Of a DNA stretch of 32,000 nt, positions 13,087 through 22,734 are shown one piece after another (the stretch's first letter is position 1; the number at the start of each line of letters is the position of its first letter). The stretch is taken from assembly GCA_963843975.1 (NCBI GenBank), contig CAWJMG010000003.1, positions 1,320,001 through 1,352,000 of the forward strand, in the 5' to 3' direction. The stretch comes from an uncultured Actinomycetes bacterium. GTDB taxonomy: Bacteria > Actinomycetota > Actinomycetes > S36-B12 > CAIYMF01. The notes below the pieces were generated by a model. It was not told the origin of the DNA and did no database searches. It saw only the letters and a list, made by a program, of their open reading frames with translations. Made by a program: the position numbers and the translations under genes.

Positions 13087-14946
13087 ATGACCGCACGTCG
13101 TGCGATTCCCCGGGCGGGCCAGTCCACGGACGGGACAGCCATGAGCGGCGCGTCGGCGGCCTGGCAGCGGGCAACCCTGACCGCCGTCTCCGCGCTCGGG
13201 GCCGAGCTGAGCAGCGGCCCGCGCGACGCGGACGACGCCGTCCTGCTCGTCTGCCGGCGCAGCCGCGACCTCCTCGACGCCGACGTCCGGTTCTGGCTCG
13301 GGTCGGCCGACGGCCGACGAGCACAGCTGACCGTCCACGCGACGGCACCCGACGGGGCGTCGGGCAGCGCTGTCGACCCCGACGTCCGCTCCCACGACGC
13401 GGTCGTCGTCACGATGCGGCACGGGGTGGCGCAGATGCTGGGTGCGCCTGGTCGCTGCACCACCATGCTCCTGCCTGTCGCCGGACGCGCCGGAACGGTC
13501 GGCGTGCTGGAGATCTCGGCGCCGGACCAGAGAGCGCCGTTCGACGCGTCGGACCTGGCCACGGGCGCGGCACTCGCCGAACGACTGGCGTCGTCCCTCC
13601 TCACCACGCGCCTGCTCGAGGAGCTGCAGCACCGCGCCGACCACGACGACCTCACCGGCCTGCCCAATCGGGCGATGCTCGTGCGCCACCTCGATGCCAC
13701 CCTCGAGAGCGCGGCCGCAGACGGCGAGACCTGCGCGGTCGTCTTCATCGACATCGACCGGTTCAAGCACATCAATGACAGCCTCGGCCACTCTGCCGGG
13801 GACGACGTGCTGAGGATGGTCGCCGGGTGGCTGCTCGACCAGGTGCGCGCCGAGGACCTCGTGTCTCGCTTCGGTGGCGACGAGTTCGTCATCGTCGCGC
13901 GCGGGTTCCAGGACGAGGACGAGCTCGTCGCTCTCCTCGACCGCATCACCCGCGTTCCCGGGCAGGCGTTGCGGGTCGGCACCGAACGGCTCTACGTCTC
14001 CCTCAGCGCCGGACTGGCCCGCCAGGAGGACGGCGACGACGCGGACATGATGCTGCGTCACGCGGACGCCGCGATGTACCACGCCAAGTCGTCCCGTGCC
14101 CGCCGCTGGGAGTCGTTCAGCGGTCGCGTGTCCGACGCGTCGGTCGAGCGCCTGCGCCTCGAGGCCGGCCTCCAGGACGCGATCGCCGCGAAGGAGATCT
14201 TCTGCGAGTACCAGCCGATCGTGAGCCTCACGACCGGCGAGGTCATCGCCCACGAGGCCCTCGCTCGCTGGATGCACCCCACGCGCGGCCGGCTCGAACC
14301 GCGGTCGTTCATCCCCATGGCCGAGGAGTCCGGCATCATCATGCCGCTCACCGATCTCGTGCTCGACCAGGCCCTCGGCGACGCCGCCACCTGGCCTCAG
14401 CACGTCTCGGTCGCCGTCAACCTCTCGGCCCGCCACCTGGCCGATCCTCGGCTCGCGCGCTCGGTCCTCGCCTCCCTCCAACGGCATGGAGTCGAGCCCG
14501 GCCGCCTCGTCGTCGAGATCACGGAGACGTCGGTCATGGTGGAGCCGGAGACCGCGACCGCCACCCTGGCCACGCTGAGCGAGGCAGGCATCCGCGTGTC
14601 CCTCGACGACTTCGGCAGCGGCTACACCTCGATCGACGACGTCACGCGTCTGCCCATCGCGCTGCTCAAGGTCGACCGCTCGCTCGTGTCCCAGGTGTGC
14701 ACCCCGCGTGGGTACTCCCTGGTCTCCTCCATGCAGCTCATGGGCGACGCGCTCGGCGTCGCCACGGTCGCCGAGGGGGTCGAGACGGTCGAAGAGCTTG
14801 CCCGCGTCATGGCTGTCGGCTGCACCTACGTGCAGGGGTTCCTCATCGGTCGACCGGTGGCCGCAGCCGACGTCGACCACGGACGACGCCCGCACATGGA
14901 CGACGAGCTCCTGGCCCGCAGGGCCGCCGAGCATCGCGACGCGTGA
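13087..14946 (+). CDS. GAF-GGDEF-EAL domain protein (c-di-GMP turnover)
   Basis: HDDLTGLPNR, DIDRFKHINDSLGH and RAEDLVSRFGGDEF (I-site RxxD plus an intact GGDEF, 13846-13887). Also EALARW, NLS, EITE, DDFGSGYTS, KVDRS, EGVET and QGF. The N-terminal roughly 170 aa is GAF-like. An alternative start is ATG 13141. Confidence 0.85.
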   Translation: MTARRAIPRAGQSTDGTAMSGASAAWQRATLTAVSALGAELSSGPRDADDAVLLVCRRSRDLLDADVRFWLGSADGRRAQLTVHATAPDGASGSAVDPDVRSHDAVVVTMRHGVAQMLGAPGRCTTMLLPVAGRAGTVGVLEISAPDQRAPFDASDLATGAALAERLASSLLTTRLLEELQHRADHDDLTGLPNRAMLVRHLDATLESAAADGETCAVVFIDIDRFKHINDSLGHSAGDDVLRMVAGWLLDQVRAEDLVSRFGGDEFVIVARGFQDEDELVALLDRITRVPGQALRVGTERLYVSLSAGLARQEDGDDADMMLRHADAAMYHAKSSRARRWESFSGRVSDASVERLRLEAGLQDAIAAKEIFCEYQPIVSLTTGEVIAHEALARWMHPTRGRLEPRSFIPMAEESGIIMPLTDLVLDQALGDAATWPQHVSVAVNLSARHLADPRLARSVLASLQRHGVEPGRLVVEITETSVMVEPETATATLATLSEAGIRVSLDDFGSGYTSIDDVTRLPIALLKVDRSLVSQVCTPRGYSLVSSMQLMGDALGVATVAEGVETVEELARVMAVGCTYVQGFLIGRPVAAADVDHGRRPHMDDELLARRAAEHRDA

Positions 14947-15000
14947 CGCGCGACCGGGTGAGCCGCATCGTTGACCGCGCAACGGAACTGGGCGCCGCCG

Positions 15001-15006
15001 TAGCCT
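15001..15006 (+). promoter_or_regulatory. -10 element (TAGCCT) positioned for a leaderless transcript starting at GTG 15013
   Basis: TANNNT, a 6-nt spacer (GACGGT), then GTG. Confidence 0.4.
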
Positions 15007-15012
15007 GACGGT

Positions 15013-17008
15013 GTGGCGACAGGGGGAATGCCCCACTCGCGGGTGGCGGCGCAGAGCGAGGGCGTGCACGCGGAGATGGTCCGCCGTGCGGCTCTCGCCT
15101 CCCGCACCCTGGTGCTCATCGGTCCGCCCGGCGCCCTGACCCTCGCGCTGCTGGTCTCCGGCGCAAGCACCGCAGCCCGCGTCGGCTACGTAGCCGTGGA
15201 GACGGCGGCGGTGCTGATGGCGGTCGGCGCGCTCACCGGCCTGCTGCGCGCGCTGCGCAAGCACGAGCGCTCGTTCCTGGCCGAGGAGCGTCTCGCCATC
15301 CTCGCGCTCGTCCTCTCGGCGCTGCCCTGGCCGCTGGCGCTCGTGATGCTCCGGCCCAGCGAGCCTCAGGGCGCGTACTTGATCCTGACGTTCTGCATCG
15401 CCGCCGCAGCGACATCGCTGACCGCGACGGCGGCGTACCGACCGTTCTTCCTCGCACTGGTGCTCGCGAACCTCGGACCCACGACCGCCATCATCTCGAC
15501 AGGCGCGATCGACGACATCCCGCCCGCGCTGGCGATCATGGCCGTGCTGTTCCTGGGCGCGCTCTACGTCAGCTGGCGGATGGTCAACCGCACGATCCTC
15601 GAGGCCGTCGGCGGGCGCATCATCGAGGAGGGGCTCACCGAGCAGCTCTCCGAGGCCAACGCCCGGCTGGTGCACCGGGCGACCCACGACGACCTGACGG
15701 GCCTGGCCAACCGCGCCCTGTTCCGCGACGTCCTCGAGCGCCGACTCGCCGACGTCCACGCCGGCGGCGGCGAGCTCGCGCTGCTCTACCTCGACCTCGA
15801 CCGGTTCAAGGTCGTCAACGACTCGCTCGGCCACGCCGAGGGCGACGCCCTGCTGCGCGCGGCGTCGGAGCGGTTGCGCACCTGCGTGCGCTCGGACGAC
15901 CTGCTCGCGCGGCTCGGCGGCGACGAGTTCACCCTCGTGGCCCCCGCCGTCGACGTCGAGGCAGCCCTGCACCTCGGCGAGCGCATCCGCGCGGCGTTCG
16001 ACCCGGAGTTCCTCGTCGGCGGCCTGCGCACGATCGTGTCGGTCAGCGTCGGCGTCGCGATGAGCGGCCCGGGCATCTCCGCGCTCGACCTCATGCGGTA
16101 CGCCGACGCCGCCCTGTACGAGGCGAAGGGCGCCGGCCGCAACCGGGTCGTGCTGTTCGACCGCGCGATGACCGAGACGCTGTCGTCCCGGCTCGAGCGC
16201 GAGAACGAGCTGCGCGACGCGCTCGCCGACCACCAGTTCGAGGCGTGGTACCAGCCCCTCGTCGACCCGCGCACCAAGCGCATCGTGGCCGCAGAGGCGC
16301 TCGCCCGCTGGCGCCGACCCGACCAGGAGATCGTGCCGCCCGGCATGTTCCTGCCGCTCATGGCCGAGGTCGGGCTCACCACCGAGCCTCGACGCCGAGA
16401 TCGCCCGTCAGGCCCGGGCCTTCCGCCGCGTCGTCTCACGCTACGTCGGCGACCACTTCCGCATGTTCACGAACGTCTCCGCGGGCCAGCTGCCGCTCGA
16501 GGCGATCATCGAGCTGCATGTCGACGCCGCGCTGCACGAGAAGACGCCGCTGTCGTGGGTCGGCCTCGAGATCACCGAGCAGGCGGTCGTGGCCGACCCG
16601 GCCAATGCGTCGGCGGCGCTCGTCGTCGCACGCGACCAGGGCCTCGCCGTCGTGCTCGACGACGTCGGCACCGGATACTCGTCGCTCTCGCTGATCCGCG
16701 CACTCCCCCTCGACGGGCTCAAGATCGACGGCTCGTTCGTTCGCGGCATGAGCACCGACACCGCTGACGCCGCCGTCGTCGCCGCCGTCGCGGCGCTCGG
16801 GCGCCGGCTCGGGCTGCACGTGACCGCCGAGGGTGTGGAGACCGAGCAGGAGCTCGCGGCCGTCACGGCCGAGGGCGTGAGCACCGCGCAGGGCTACCTG
16901 TTCTCGCCACCGGTCTCCGGCGACGTGATGCTGACCTGGTTGCGGGACGGCCCGCCCTGGCTCACCGTCGACCCGGTCGACGCGCCCGCCCCGCGCTCCC
17001 GCGCCTGA
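15013..17008 (+). pseudogene. membrane-anchored GGDEF-EAL protein gene interrupted by a +1 frameshift near 16387
   Basis: Frame 1 gives 5-6 TM helices, THDDLTGLANR, RSDDLLARLGGDEF (15889-15930) and EALARW...FLPLMAEVGLTTE, then decays into Arg/Pro junk. Frame 2 from 16388 continues without a gap: LDAEIARQ...TNVSAGQL...EITE...DDVGTGYSS...KIDGSF...EGVET...QGY, to TGA 17006-17008. Confidence 0.75.
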
Positions 17009-17022
17009 GGCCGGACATGCGA

Positions 17023-17055
17023 CGGCGCCGCACCCCTCGCAGGGGCACGGCGCCG
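17023..17055. terminator. hairpin shared by the convergent GGDEF-EAL gene and tRNA-Asn
   Basis: CGGCGCCGCACCCCT-CGC-AGGGGCACGGCGCCG: 15-nt arms with an internal 2x2 mismatch. It lies between the stop at 17008 and the tRNA 3' end at 17061. Confidence 0.55.
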
Positions 17056-17060
17056 ACTGG

Positions 17061-17135
17061 TGGCTCCCGCGTCTGGATTCGAACCAGAAACCGCCCGATT
17101 AACAGTCGGGAGCTCTGCCGTTGAGCTACGCGGGA
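17061..17135 (-). tRNA. tRNA-Asn (anticodon GTT), CCA encoded
   Basis: Acceptor TCCCGCG/CGCGGGA. D arm GCTC/GAGC. Anticodon arm CCCGA-CTGTTAA-TCGGG. T arm TCTGG-TTCGAAT-CCAGA. The 3' end is GCCA. Confidence 0.95.
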
Positions 17136-17226
17136 TGGTGCACGGCTCCCCGATCGCTCGGTGGAGCAGCCCGAGGAGGATAGCAAGCCCGGCCGGTCCG
17201 ACCGAAATCGTGGGGCGCCGACCGGG

Positions 17227-17712
17227 TCACACGCCGAGGGCGGACCGGAGCTCGGCCAGGGCGGCATCGGCGCGCGAGCGGAGCTCGGGGTCGCGCGGGT
17301 CGAGCCCGGAGTCGAACACGACGGTCCAGCGCAGCTCGGTCTGGTCGGGCACGCGGCGGGCGATCACGCGCGCCCCCTTGTCGCCCGCGAGCATGACGTG
17401 GCGCTGCACGGCGATGCTGGCGTTCACGCGCTCGCGCACCACGCCCGCGAGGGTGTCGACCGGGCCCTGGACGGGGACGCGGAGCACCTCCGGGCGGCCG
17501 CCCGGGCGCTCCTGGACGGTGACGGCAAGGACGCCCTCCTCCCACTGGGCGCGGAGCACGAGGTCCCACGCCACACGCGCCGGCCCGGCGCCGTCAGGCA
17601 GCAGCAGGGCTGACTCGGTGGCCACGACCGCCGACCCGCCGCTCGGCACCCAGGCGAGCACGCGCTCGCCGCCGGCCCGCGCGCGCACCTCGGCCGGCGT
17701 ACGGAACCTCAC
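17227..17712 (-). CDS. conserved hypothetical protein translationally coupled to dnaG
   Basis: GTG 17712 overlaps the dnaG stop (GTGA); 161 aa. Globular-looking sequence VRFRTPAEVRARAGGERVLAWVPSGG...RWTVVFDSGLDPRDPELRSRADAALAELRSALGV. I recognise no motif. Confidence 0.6.
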   Translation of the reverse strand: MRFRTPAEVRARAGGERVLAWVPSGGSAVVATESALLLPDGAGPARVAWDLVLRAQWEEGVLAVTVQERPGGRPEVLRVPVQGPVDTLAGVVRERVNASIAVQRHVMLAGDKGARVIARRVPDQTELRWTVVFDSGLDPRDPELRSRADAALAELRSALGV

Positions 17713-19601
17713 GACGGTCCCCCGGCGACCTGCTCGCGGAGCCCTCGGCGGTACTGCTCGAGGGCGAGCACGTCGGCGAACAGCGCTTGGTAGGTGTCGG
17801 GCTCGGACGCAGGCTCGATGCGCTGCAGCCGGGCCTTGAGGTCGGTGATCCGACGGGATGCGTCGATCTCGAGCAGACGGGCGACCACCGACTGGGCGTA
17901 GCGGGCGTCCACCTCGTCGATGGGCGACGGCTCGACCGCGAGCTCGTGCACCACCGAGCGGACGGCGTCGTCCGGGCACGCGGCGAGCACGGCATCGAGC
18001 CAGGCGCGGTCGGTGAGACCGGCGGCCGCTCCCCCGGCCGCGACGATCGCCCGGTGCACCGCGATGTACGCCGGCGAGCGGAAGCCCTCGGTCTCGAGCG
18101 CGTCGATCCAGGTGCCGGCCAGCTGCGGCGACTGCAGCGCCATCTTGAGCGCCTCGCGCTCGACCGAGGCGACGGGGTCGCGGGGGTCGGGCCTCGGCAG
18201 CCGCGGCGGGCCGGCGGGCACGTCCGACGGCGGCTGCGGCTGCTCGTACGTCCTGCGGGGCTCCGGCGGCTGGCTCTTGCCCGCGGCCTGGACCGCGCGG
18301 CGTACCTCGTCGTCCGGGATGGCGAGCCAGCCTGACAGGAGGCGGATGTACTCGGGCCGGAGGGCCTGGTCACGGATGCGTGCGACCACGGGTGCCGCTG
18401 CACGCAGGCCCGCGATGCGGCCCTCGGCGCGGCTGAGGTCGTGACCCTGCAGCTCGGTGCGGATCGCGAACTCGAAGAGCGGCACCTTGCGCTCGACCAG
18501 CTCGCGCACGGCGTCCGGGCCCTGGGCGATGCGCAGCTCGCACGGGTCCATGCCGCTCGGCTCGACGGCCACGAAGGTCTGCGCGGTGAAGCGCTGGTCC
18601 TCCGAGAACGCGCGCTGCGCGGCCTTCTGGCCAGCGGCGTCGCCGTCGAAGGTGAACACGACCTCGCCGGTGAAGACGCCGTCGTCCATGAGCAAGCGGC
18701 GCAGCACACTGATGTGGTCGGAGCCGAACGACGTGCCGCACGTGGCGACGGCGGTCTCGACGCCCGACAGGTGCGCCGCCATGACGTCGGTGTAGCCCTC
18801 GACGATGACGGCCTGCTTGCGCTTGGCGATCTCCTTTCGGGCGAGGTCGATGCCGTAGAGGACCTGGCTCTTCTTGTAGAGCGGGGTCTCGGGGGTGTTG
18901 AGGTACTTCGGGCCCTCGTCGTCGTCGTAGAGCTTGCGGGCGCCGAAGCCGACGACATCGCCGCTCGTGTCGCGGATCGGCCACACCAGCCGGCCGCGGA
19001 AGCGGTCGTAGACGCCGCGCTGGCCGCCGCGCGCGACGAGCCCGACCTCGGCGAGCTGGTCGTCGGTGAAGCCCTTGCCGCGCAGGTGCCCGAGCAGGAC
19101 GTCCCAGCCCTTGGGCGCGTAGCCGACGCCGAACCTCGCGACGGCCTCGGCGTCGAACCCTCGCTCGGTGAGGAAGCGGCGTCCGGTCTCGGCCTCGGGG
19201 CTGGACAGCCTCTCGACGAAGAAGGCGGCCGCGGCCTTGTTGGCCTCGACGAGGCGGCTCCGGTTGCCGGCCTGACGTCCGGGCGCCGCTGAGCCCTCGG
19301 TGTAGCGGAGGGTGACGCCGTACCGGCCGGCGAGCTTCTCGACGGCCTCGGTGAACGACAGGTGGTCGACCTTGCGCAGGAAGCCGATGACGTCGCCGCC
19401 CTCGCCGCACCCGAAGCAGTACCAGGCGCCCTTGGCGGGGCTCACGGAGAAGGACGGGCTGCGCTCGTCGTGGAAGGGGCACAGGCCCTTGAGGCTGCCG
19501 CCGCCCGCGGACTTCAGGGTGACGTAGTCGCGCACGATCTCGTCGATCCGGGCCTTCTCGCGCACGAGGACGACGTCCTCGTCACGGATCCGGCCAGCCA
19601 C
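17709..19601 (-). CDS. dnaG: DNA primase DnaG
   Basis: CHC2 zinc finger CPFHDERSPSFSVSPAKGAWYCFGCGEGGD. TOPRIM segment VIVEGYTDVMA...FDGDAAGQKAA. 630 aa with a GTG start at 19601. Confidence 0.95.
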   Translation of the reverse strand: MAGRIRDEDVVLVREKARIDEIVRDYVTLKSAGGGSLKGLCPFHDERSPSFSVSPAKGAWYCFGCGEGGDVIGFLRKVDHLSFTEAVEKLAGRYGVTLRYTEGSAAPGRQAGNRSRLVEANKAAAAFFVERLSSPEAETGRRFLTERGFDAEAVARFGVGYAPKGWDVLLGHLRGKGFTDDQLAEVGLVARGGQRGVYDRFRGRLVWPIRDTSGDVVGFGARKLYDDDEGPKYLNTPETPLYKKSQVLYGIDLARKEIAKRKQAVIVEGYTDVMAAHLSGVETAVATCGTSFGSDHISVLRRLLMDDGVFTGEVVFTFDGDAAGQKAAQRAFSEDQRFTAQTFVAVEPSGMDPCELRIAQGPDAVRELVERKVPLFEFAIRTELQGHDLSRAEGRIAGLRAAAPVVARIRDQALRPEYIRLLSGWLAIPDDEVRRAVQAAGKSQPPEPRRTYEQPQPPSDVPAGPPRLPRPDPRDPVASVEREALKMALQSPQLAGTWIDALETEGFRSPAYIAVHRAIVAAGGAAAGLTDRAWLDAVLAACPDDAVRSVVHELAVEPSPIDEVDARYAQSVVARLLEIDASRRITDLKARLQRIEPASEPDTYQALFADVLALEQYRRGLREQVAGGPS

Positions 19602-19607
19602 GTCGTG

Positions 19608-19613
19608 ATCCTA
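19608..19613 (-). promoter_or_regulatory. -10 element (TAGGAT) positioned for a leaderless dnaG transcript
   Basis: On the minus strand: TAGGAT, a 6-nt spacer (CACGAC), then GTG 19601. Confidence 0.4.
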
Positions 19614-19740
19614 CGGACCCCGTCCAACCGGGACCGGCGGCCCGTCCCCAGCCCCAGGCGGGCCGGCCCGGCGCGGAACTCTGCGCGAGGTGGCGGTTTC
19701 CCGACGGCGCCGTCCGCAGCCGCTGTGGTGGGATCGACGG

Positions 19741-20925
19741 GTGACCGACTCCGCGCTCCTCGCCCGCCTCCGCGCCGACACCCCCGGGTGCCTCACCCAG
19801 GTGCACCTCAACAACGCAGGGTCGGCGCTGCCGCCGTCCGTCGTGGTCGACGCCGTCACCGCCCACCTGCGGCGCGAGGCCGCGATCGGCGGCTACGAGG
19901 CAGCGGCCGAGGCGGGCGACCGGCTCGCCTCGGTCTACGCCTCGCTCGGGCGGCTCGTCGGTGCTCCGGCGTCCTCCATCGCGCTGACCTCCAGCGCGAC
20001 CGACTCATTCCTGCGGGCGTTCCTGTCGATCCCGTTCGCGCCCGGCGACCGCGTGCTCGTGGCGCAGGCGGAGTACGCCAGCAACGTCATCCCCGTGCTG
20101 CAGGCCGCACGGCGCCTCGGCATCACCCTCGAGGCGATCCCGGACGACGCCACCGGCGCGCTCGACCCCGAGGCGCTGCGCGGGATGCTCGACGAGCGGG
20201 TGAAGCTCGTCTCGATCGTGCACGCGCCGAGCCACAACGGCCTGCTCAACCCCGCCGAGGCCGTGGGTCGCGTGCTGCGCGAGAGCGGGTGCGGCGCCTG
20301 GTACGTGCTCGACGCCTGCCAGTCGGTCGGCCAGATGCCGCTCGACCTCGCCGCCATCGGCGCCGACTTCCTCAGCGCGACGGGCCGCAAGTTCCTGCGC
20401 GGCCCACGCGGCACGGGATTCCTCGCACTGTCTGACCGCGCGCTGCAGCTCGAGCCGGCGCTGCTCGACCTTCACTCCGCCGAGTGGGTCGACGACGACG
20501 AGTTCACGGTGGTCGAGGGCGGGGGCCGGTACGAGCAGTGGGAACGCAGCCCCGCGCTGCTCCTCGGGCTCGGCGCGGCCGCCGACTACGCCCTCGACCT
20601 CGGCCTGGACATCACGCGGTCGCTGATCCTCGGCGCTGCAGACGCGATCCGCGACGGCCTGTCGGAGATCCCGGGCGTCGTCGTGCGGGACCGCGGCACG
20701 GTGCGGACGGGGATCGTGGTCTTCACCGTCGATGGCCGTTCGGCGGCGGACGTGCACCGCGCGGTGAAGGCCGCGGGCGTGAACGTGAGCCTGTCGCCGC
20801 CCGACTACGCGCTGCGCGACTTCCGCGCCCAGGGCATCGACGGCCAGGTGCGCGTGAGCCCGCACGTCTACACCGACGAGCACGACATCGAGGCGCTCCT
20901 GATCGCCGTACGCGCAGCGCTCTGA
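19741..20925 (+). CDS. class V aminotransferase-fold PLP-dependent enzyme (cysteine desulfurase / epimerase-like)
   Basis: LNNAGSALPP near the N-terminus and VLDACQSVGQMPLD. The PLP-lysine motif is SATGRKFLRGPRGTGFL. 394 aa from GTG 19741; an alternative GTG lies at 19690. Confidence 0.75.
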   Translation: MTDSALLARLRADTPGCLTQVHLNNAGSALPPSVVVDAVTAHLRREAAIGGYEAAAEAGDRLASVYASLGRLVGAPASSIALTSSATDSFLRAFLSIPFAPGDRVLVAQAEYASNVIPVLQAARRLGITLEAIPDDATGALDPEALRGMLDERVKLVSIVHAPSHNGLLNPAEAVGRVLRESGCGAWYVLDACQSVGQMPLDLAAIGADFLSATGRKFLRGPRGTGFLALSDRALQLEPALLDLHSAEWVDDDEFTVVEGGGRYEQWERSPALLLGLGAAADYALDLGLDITRSLILGAADAIRDGLSEIPGVVVRDRGTVRTGIVVFTVDGRSAADVHRAVKAAGVNVSLSPPDYALRDFRAQGIDGQVRVSPHVYTDEHDIEALLIAVRAAL

Positions 20926-21088
20926 TCCTCCGACGTACGGCGGCCTCGACCGGCCGCAGGTGAGGCAACCCTCACGAACCCGTGCGGATCCTCATCTTTC
21001 GGCCGATACCCGGTGCGCCGACGCCGTCCTGCACCCACACTGGCCGCACGACGGGCCGTGTGGGCCCGCCCGGCCGGTGGGAGGGCCG

Positions 21089-22678
21089 ATGCCGGACGAC
21101 GTACGGATCGACCTCACCGCGGCCGCCGACACACCAGTGGTCGACCGGCTGACGGTCGAGGGGGTCGTGCCGGCGCCTCGGGCCCCGGACGAGCTCGAGG
21201 CCTTCGACGATGCGACGTTCCGCGCGCTGCAGCGGCGCCTCGCCGACATGTGGCCCGGCATGACCATCCGCACCGTCGAGTCGATGGACCGCGCGATCGT
21301 CGTCGTCTCGTCGATCACCGCCGACATCCCCGCGCTCGAGAACGTGCTCGCGGCGTACGAGGAGCGCTACCTCTTCCTTGTGCTCGCGCTCGCGCGGAGC
21401 CCCAAGACCCACGTGGTCTACGTGACGTCGGTGCCGATGCTGCGGCGGCTCGTCGAGTACTACCTCGCGATGCAGCCCGGTGACCACCGCGACCTCTACA
21501 AGCGCCTCACCGTCATCAGCATCGGCGACCACTCGCACCGGCCGCTCACCGACAAGCTGCTCGAGCGACCTCGCGTCCTCGAGCGCATCCGCGGTATCGC
21601 GCACGACCACGAGCACGCGCTGCTGCTGCCGTTCATGACGACCCGCGCCGAGGCCGAGCTCGCGCTCGCGCTCGACATCCCGCTGTACGGCACGCATCCC
21701 GCGCTCGTGCACCTCGGCACGAAGACCGGGTCCCGCGAGGTCTTCGCGGCGACCTCCGTGCCGTTCGCCCCCGGCGTCGACGGGGTGCGTACGGCGGATG
21801 ACGTGGCGGCGGCGATCGAGACCCTCCGCAGCGAGCACCCCGGCACGCGGCGGTTCGTCGTCAAGCACGACGACGGCGTCGGTGGTCTCGGCAACGCGAT
21901 GATCGAACCGCTCGAGGGGTCGCCGACGACGGGTGCGGACGTCGCGTGCCTGCTGGCGCCGGAGGACAGGGGCTGCTCCCCGGCCTACTTCCTCGCCCTG
22001 CTGGGCACGATCGGCGGCGTGGTCGAGGTGTGGCTCGACGGCGACGAGGTGCAGAGCCCCAGCGTGCAGCTTCGCTCCAGCCCGCTGCGGCTCGTCGAGG
22101 TGCTCTCGACGCACGACCAGCTCCTCGGCGGGCCGAGCGGCCAGACCTTCCTCGGCTGCGAGTTCCCGGCACGCGACGAGTTCATCCCTGCCCTCACGCG
22201 GCACGGCCGGGCGATCGGCCGCGAGCTCGCGCGCCGCGGCGTCGTCGGCCGGTTCGCAGTCGACTTCGTGATGGTGCGGCGCGGCGACCGATGGCACCCG
22301 TACGCGATCGAGATCAACCTCCGCAACGGCGGTACCACGCATCCGGCGCTCACGCTGCTCGGCCTCACCGACGGCACCTACGACGAGGACTCGGGCCTGT
22401 TCCAGGCGGCCGACGGGCCGCGCTACTACGTGGCGAGCGACCACATCGAGCACCCGGCGTACTGCCAGCTGACGCCCGACGACGTGCTCGACCTCGTCGC
22501 CGGCTCCGGCCTCGGCTGGGACCCGGCGACCCAGGTGGGCGTGGCCCTGCACATGGTGTCGGCGGTCGCGGTGGCCGGTCGCGTGGGCGCGACGGCGATC
22601 GGGCGCACCCGCGAGGAGGCGCGCGACCTCTTCGACCGGACCGCGCGCATGCTCGACGCCGCCGTCGGCCTCGCGTAA
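21089..22678 (+). CDS. ATP-grasp family ligase, PGM1-like peptide/carboxylate-amine ligase
   Basis: ATG 21089 preceded by GGGAGGG; 529 aa. The pre-ATP-grasp-like N-terminal half contains RAIVVVSSIT and HVVYVTS. The C-terminal core is RFVVKHDDGVGGLGN...RFAVDFVMV...YAIEINLRNGGTTHP. The subfamily name is from memory. Confidence 0.6.
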   Translation: MPDDVRIDLTAAADTPVVDRLTVEGVVPAPRAPDELEAFDDATFRALQRRLADMWPGMTIRTVESMDRAIVVVSSITADIPALENVLAAYEERYLFLVLALARSPKTHVVYVTSVPMLRRLVEYYLAMQPGDHRDLYKRLTVISIGDHSHRPLTDKLLERPRVLERIRGIAHDHEHALLLPFMTTRAEAELALALDIPLYGTHPALVHLGTKTGSREVFAATSVPFAPGVDGVRTADDVAAAIETLRSEHPGTRRFVVKHDDGVGGLGNAMIEPLEGSPTTGADVACLLAPEDRGCSPAYFLALLGTIGGVVEVWLDGDEVQSPSVQLRSSPLRLVEVLSTHDQLLGGPSGQTFLGCEFPARDEFIPALTRHGRAIGRELARRGVVGRFAVDFVMVRRGDRWHPYAIEINLRNGGTTHPALTLLGLTDGTYDEDSGLFQAADGPRYYVASDHIEHPAYCQLTPDDVLDLVAGSGLGWDPATQVGVALHMVSAVAVAGRVGATAIGRTREEARDLFDRTARMLDAAVGLA

Positions 22679-22734
22679 CCCGATTCGGTAGTGCTGAAGC
22701 GCCGTATAGGGCGCTCTGGCACTACCAAATCGGG
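22679..22734. terminator. long nested bidirectional hairpin between convergent genes
   Basis: Outer arms CCCGATTCGGTAGTGC / GCACTACCAAATCGGG (1 mismatch) enclose an inner AGCGCC-GTATAG-GGCGCT hairpin. It fills the whole gap between the stops at 22678 (+) and 22736 (-). Confidence 0.65.

Noticed and set aside
13018-16233. A 1071-aa minus-strand ORF spanning both GGDEF-EAL genes, plus similar giants at 6547-8859 +, 8869-10077 +, 20972-22552 -, 22691-25057 +, 24015-25844 - and 27373-28911 +.
   Set aside because: Each lies antisense to a gene with unambiguous domain motifs (GGDEF/EAL, HEXXH protease, YihY, ATP-grasp, Dgt, PpdK). Composition is low-complexity R/G/A/D/E and no motifs are present.
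16381-16392. Programmed +1/-1 ribosomal frameshift in the GGDEF-EAL gene.
   Set aside because: There is no slippery heptamer (sequence ACC GAG CCT CGA) and no obvious downstream stimulatory structure. A simple 1-nt insertion or a sequencing error is more parsimonious.
20960-21088. An N-terminal extension of the ATP-grasp ORF from GTG 20960, and the possibility of a RiPP-type precursor peptide in the 163-bp spacer.
   Set aside because: The first roughly 14 codons after 20960 have low GC3 and the peptide is Pro/His/Arg-rich. ATG 21089 has a GGGAGGG SD. No ATG-initiated small ORF exists in the spacer. The extension cannot be fully excluded because GC3 rises in its last roughly 30 codons.
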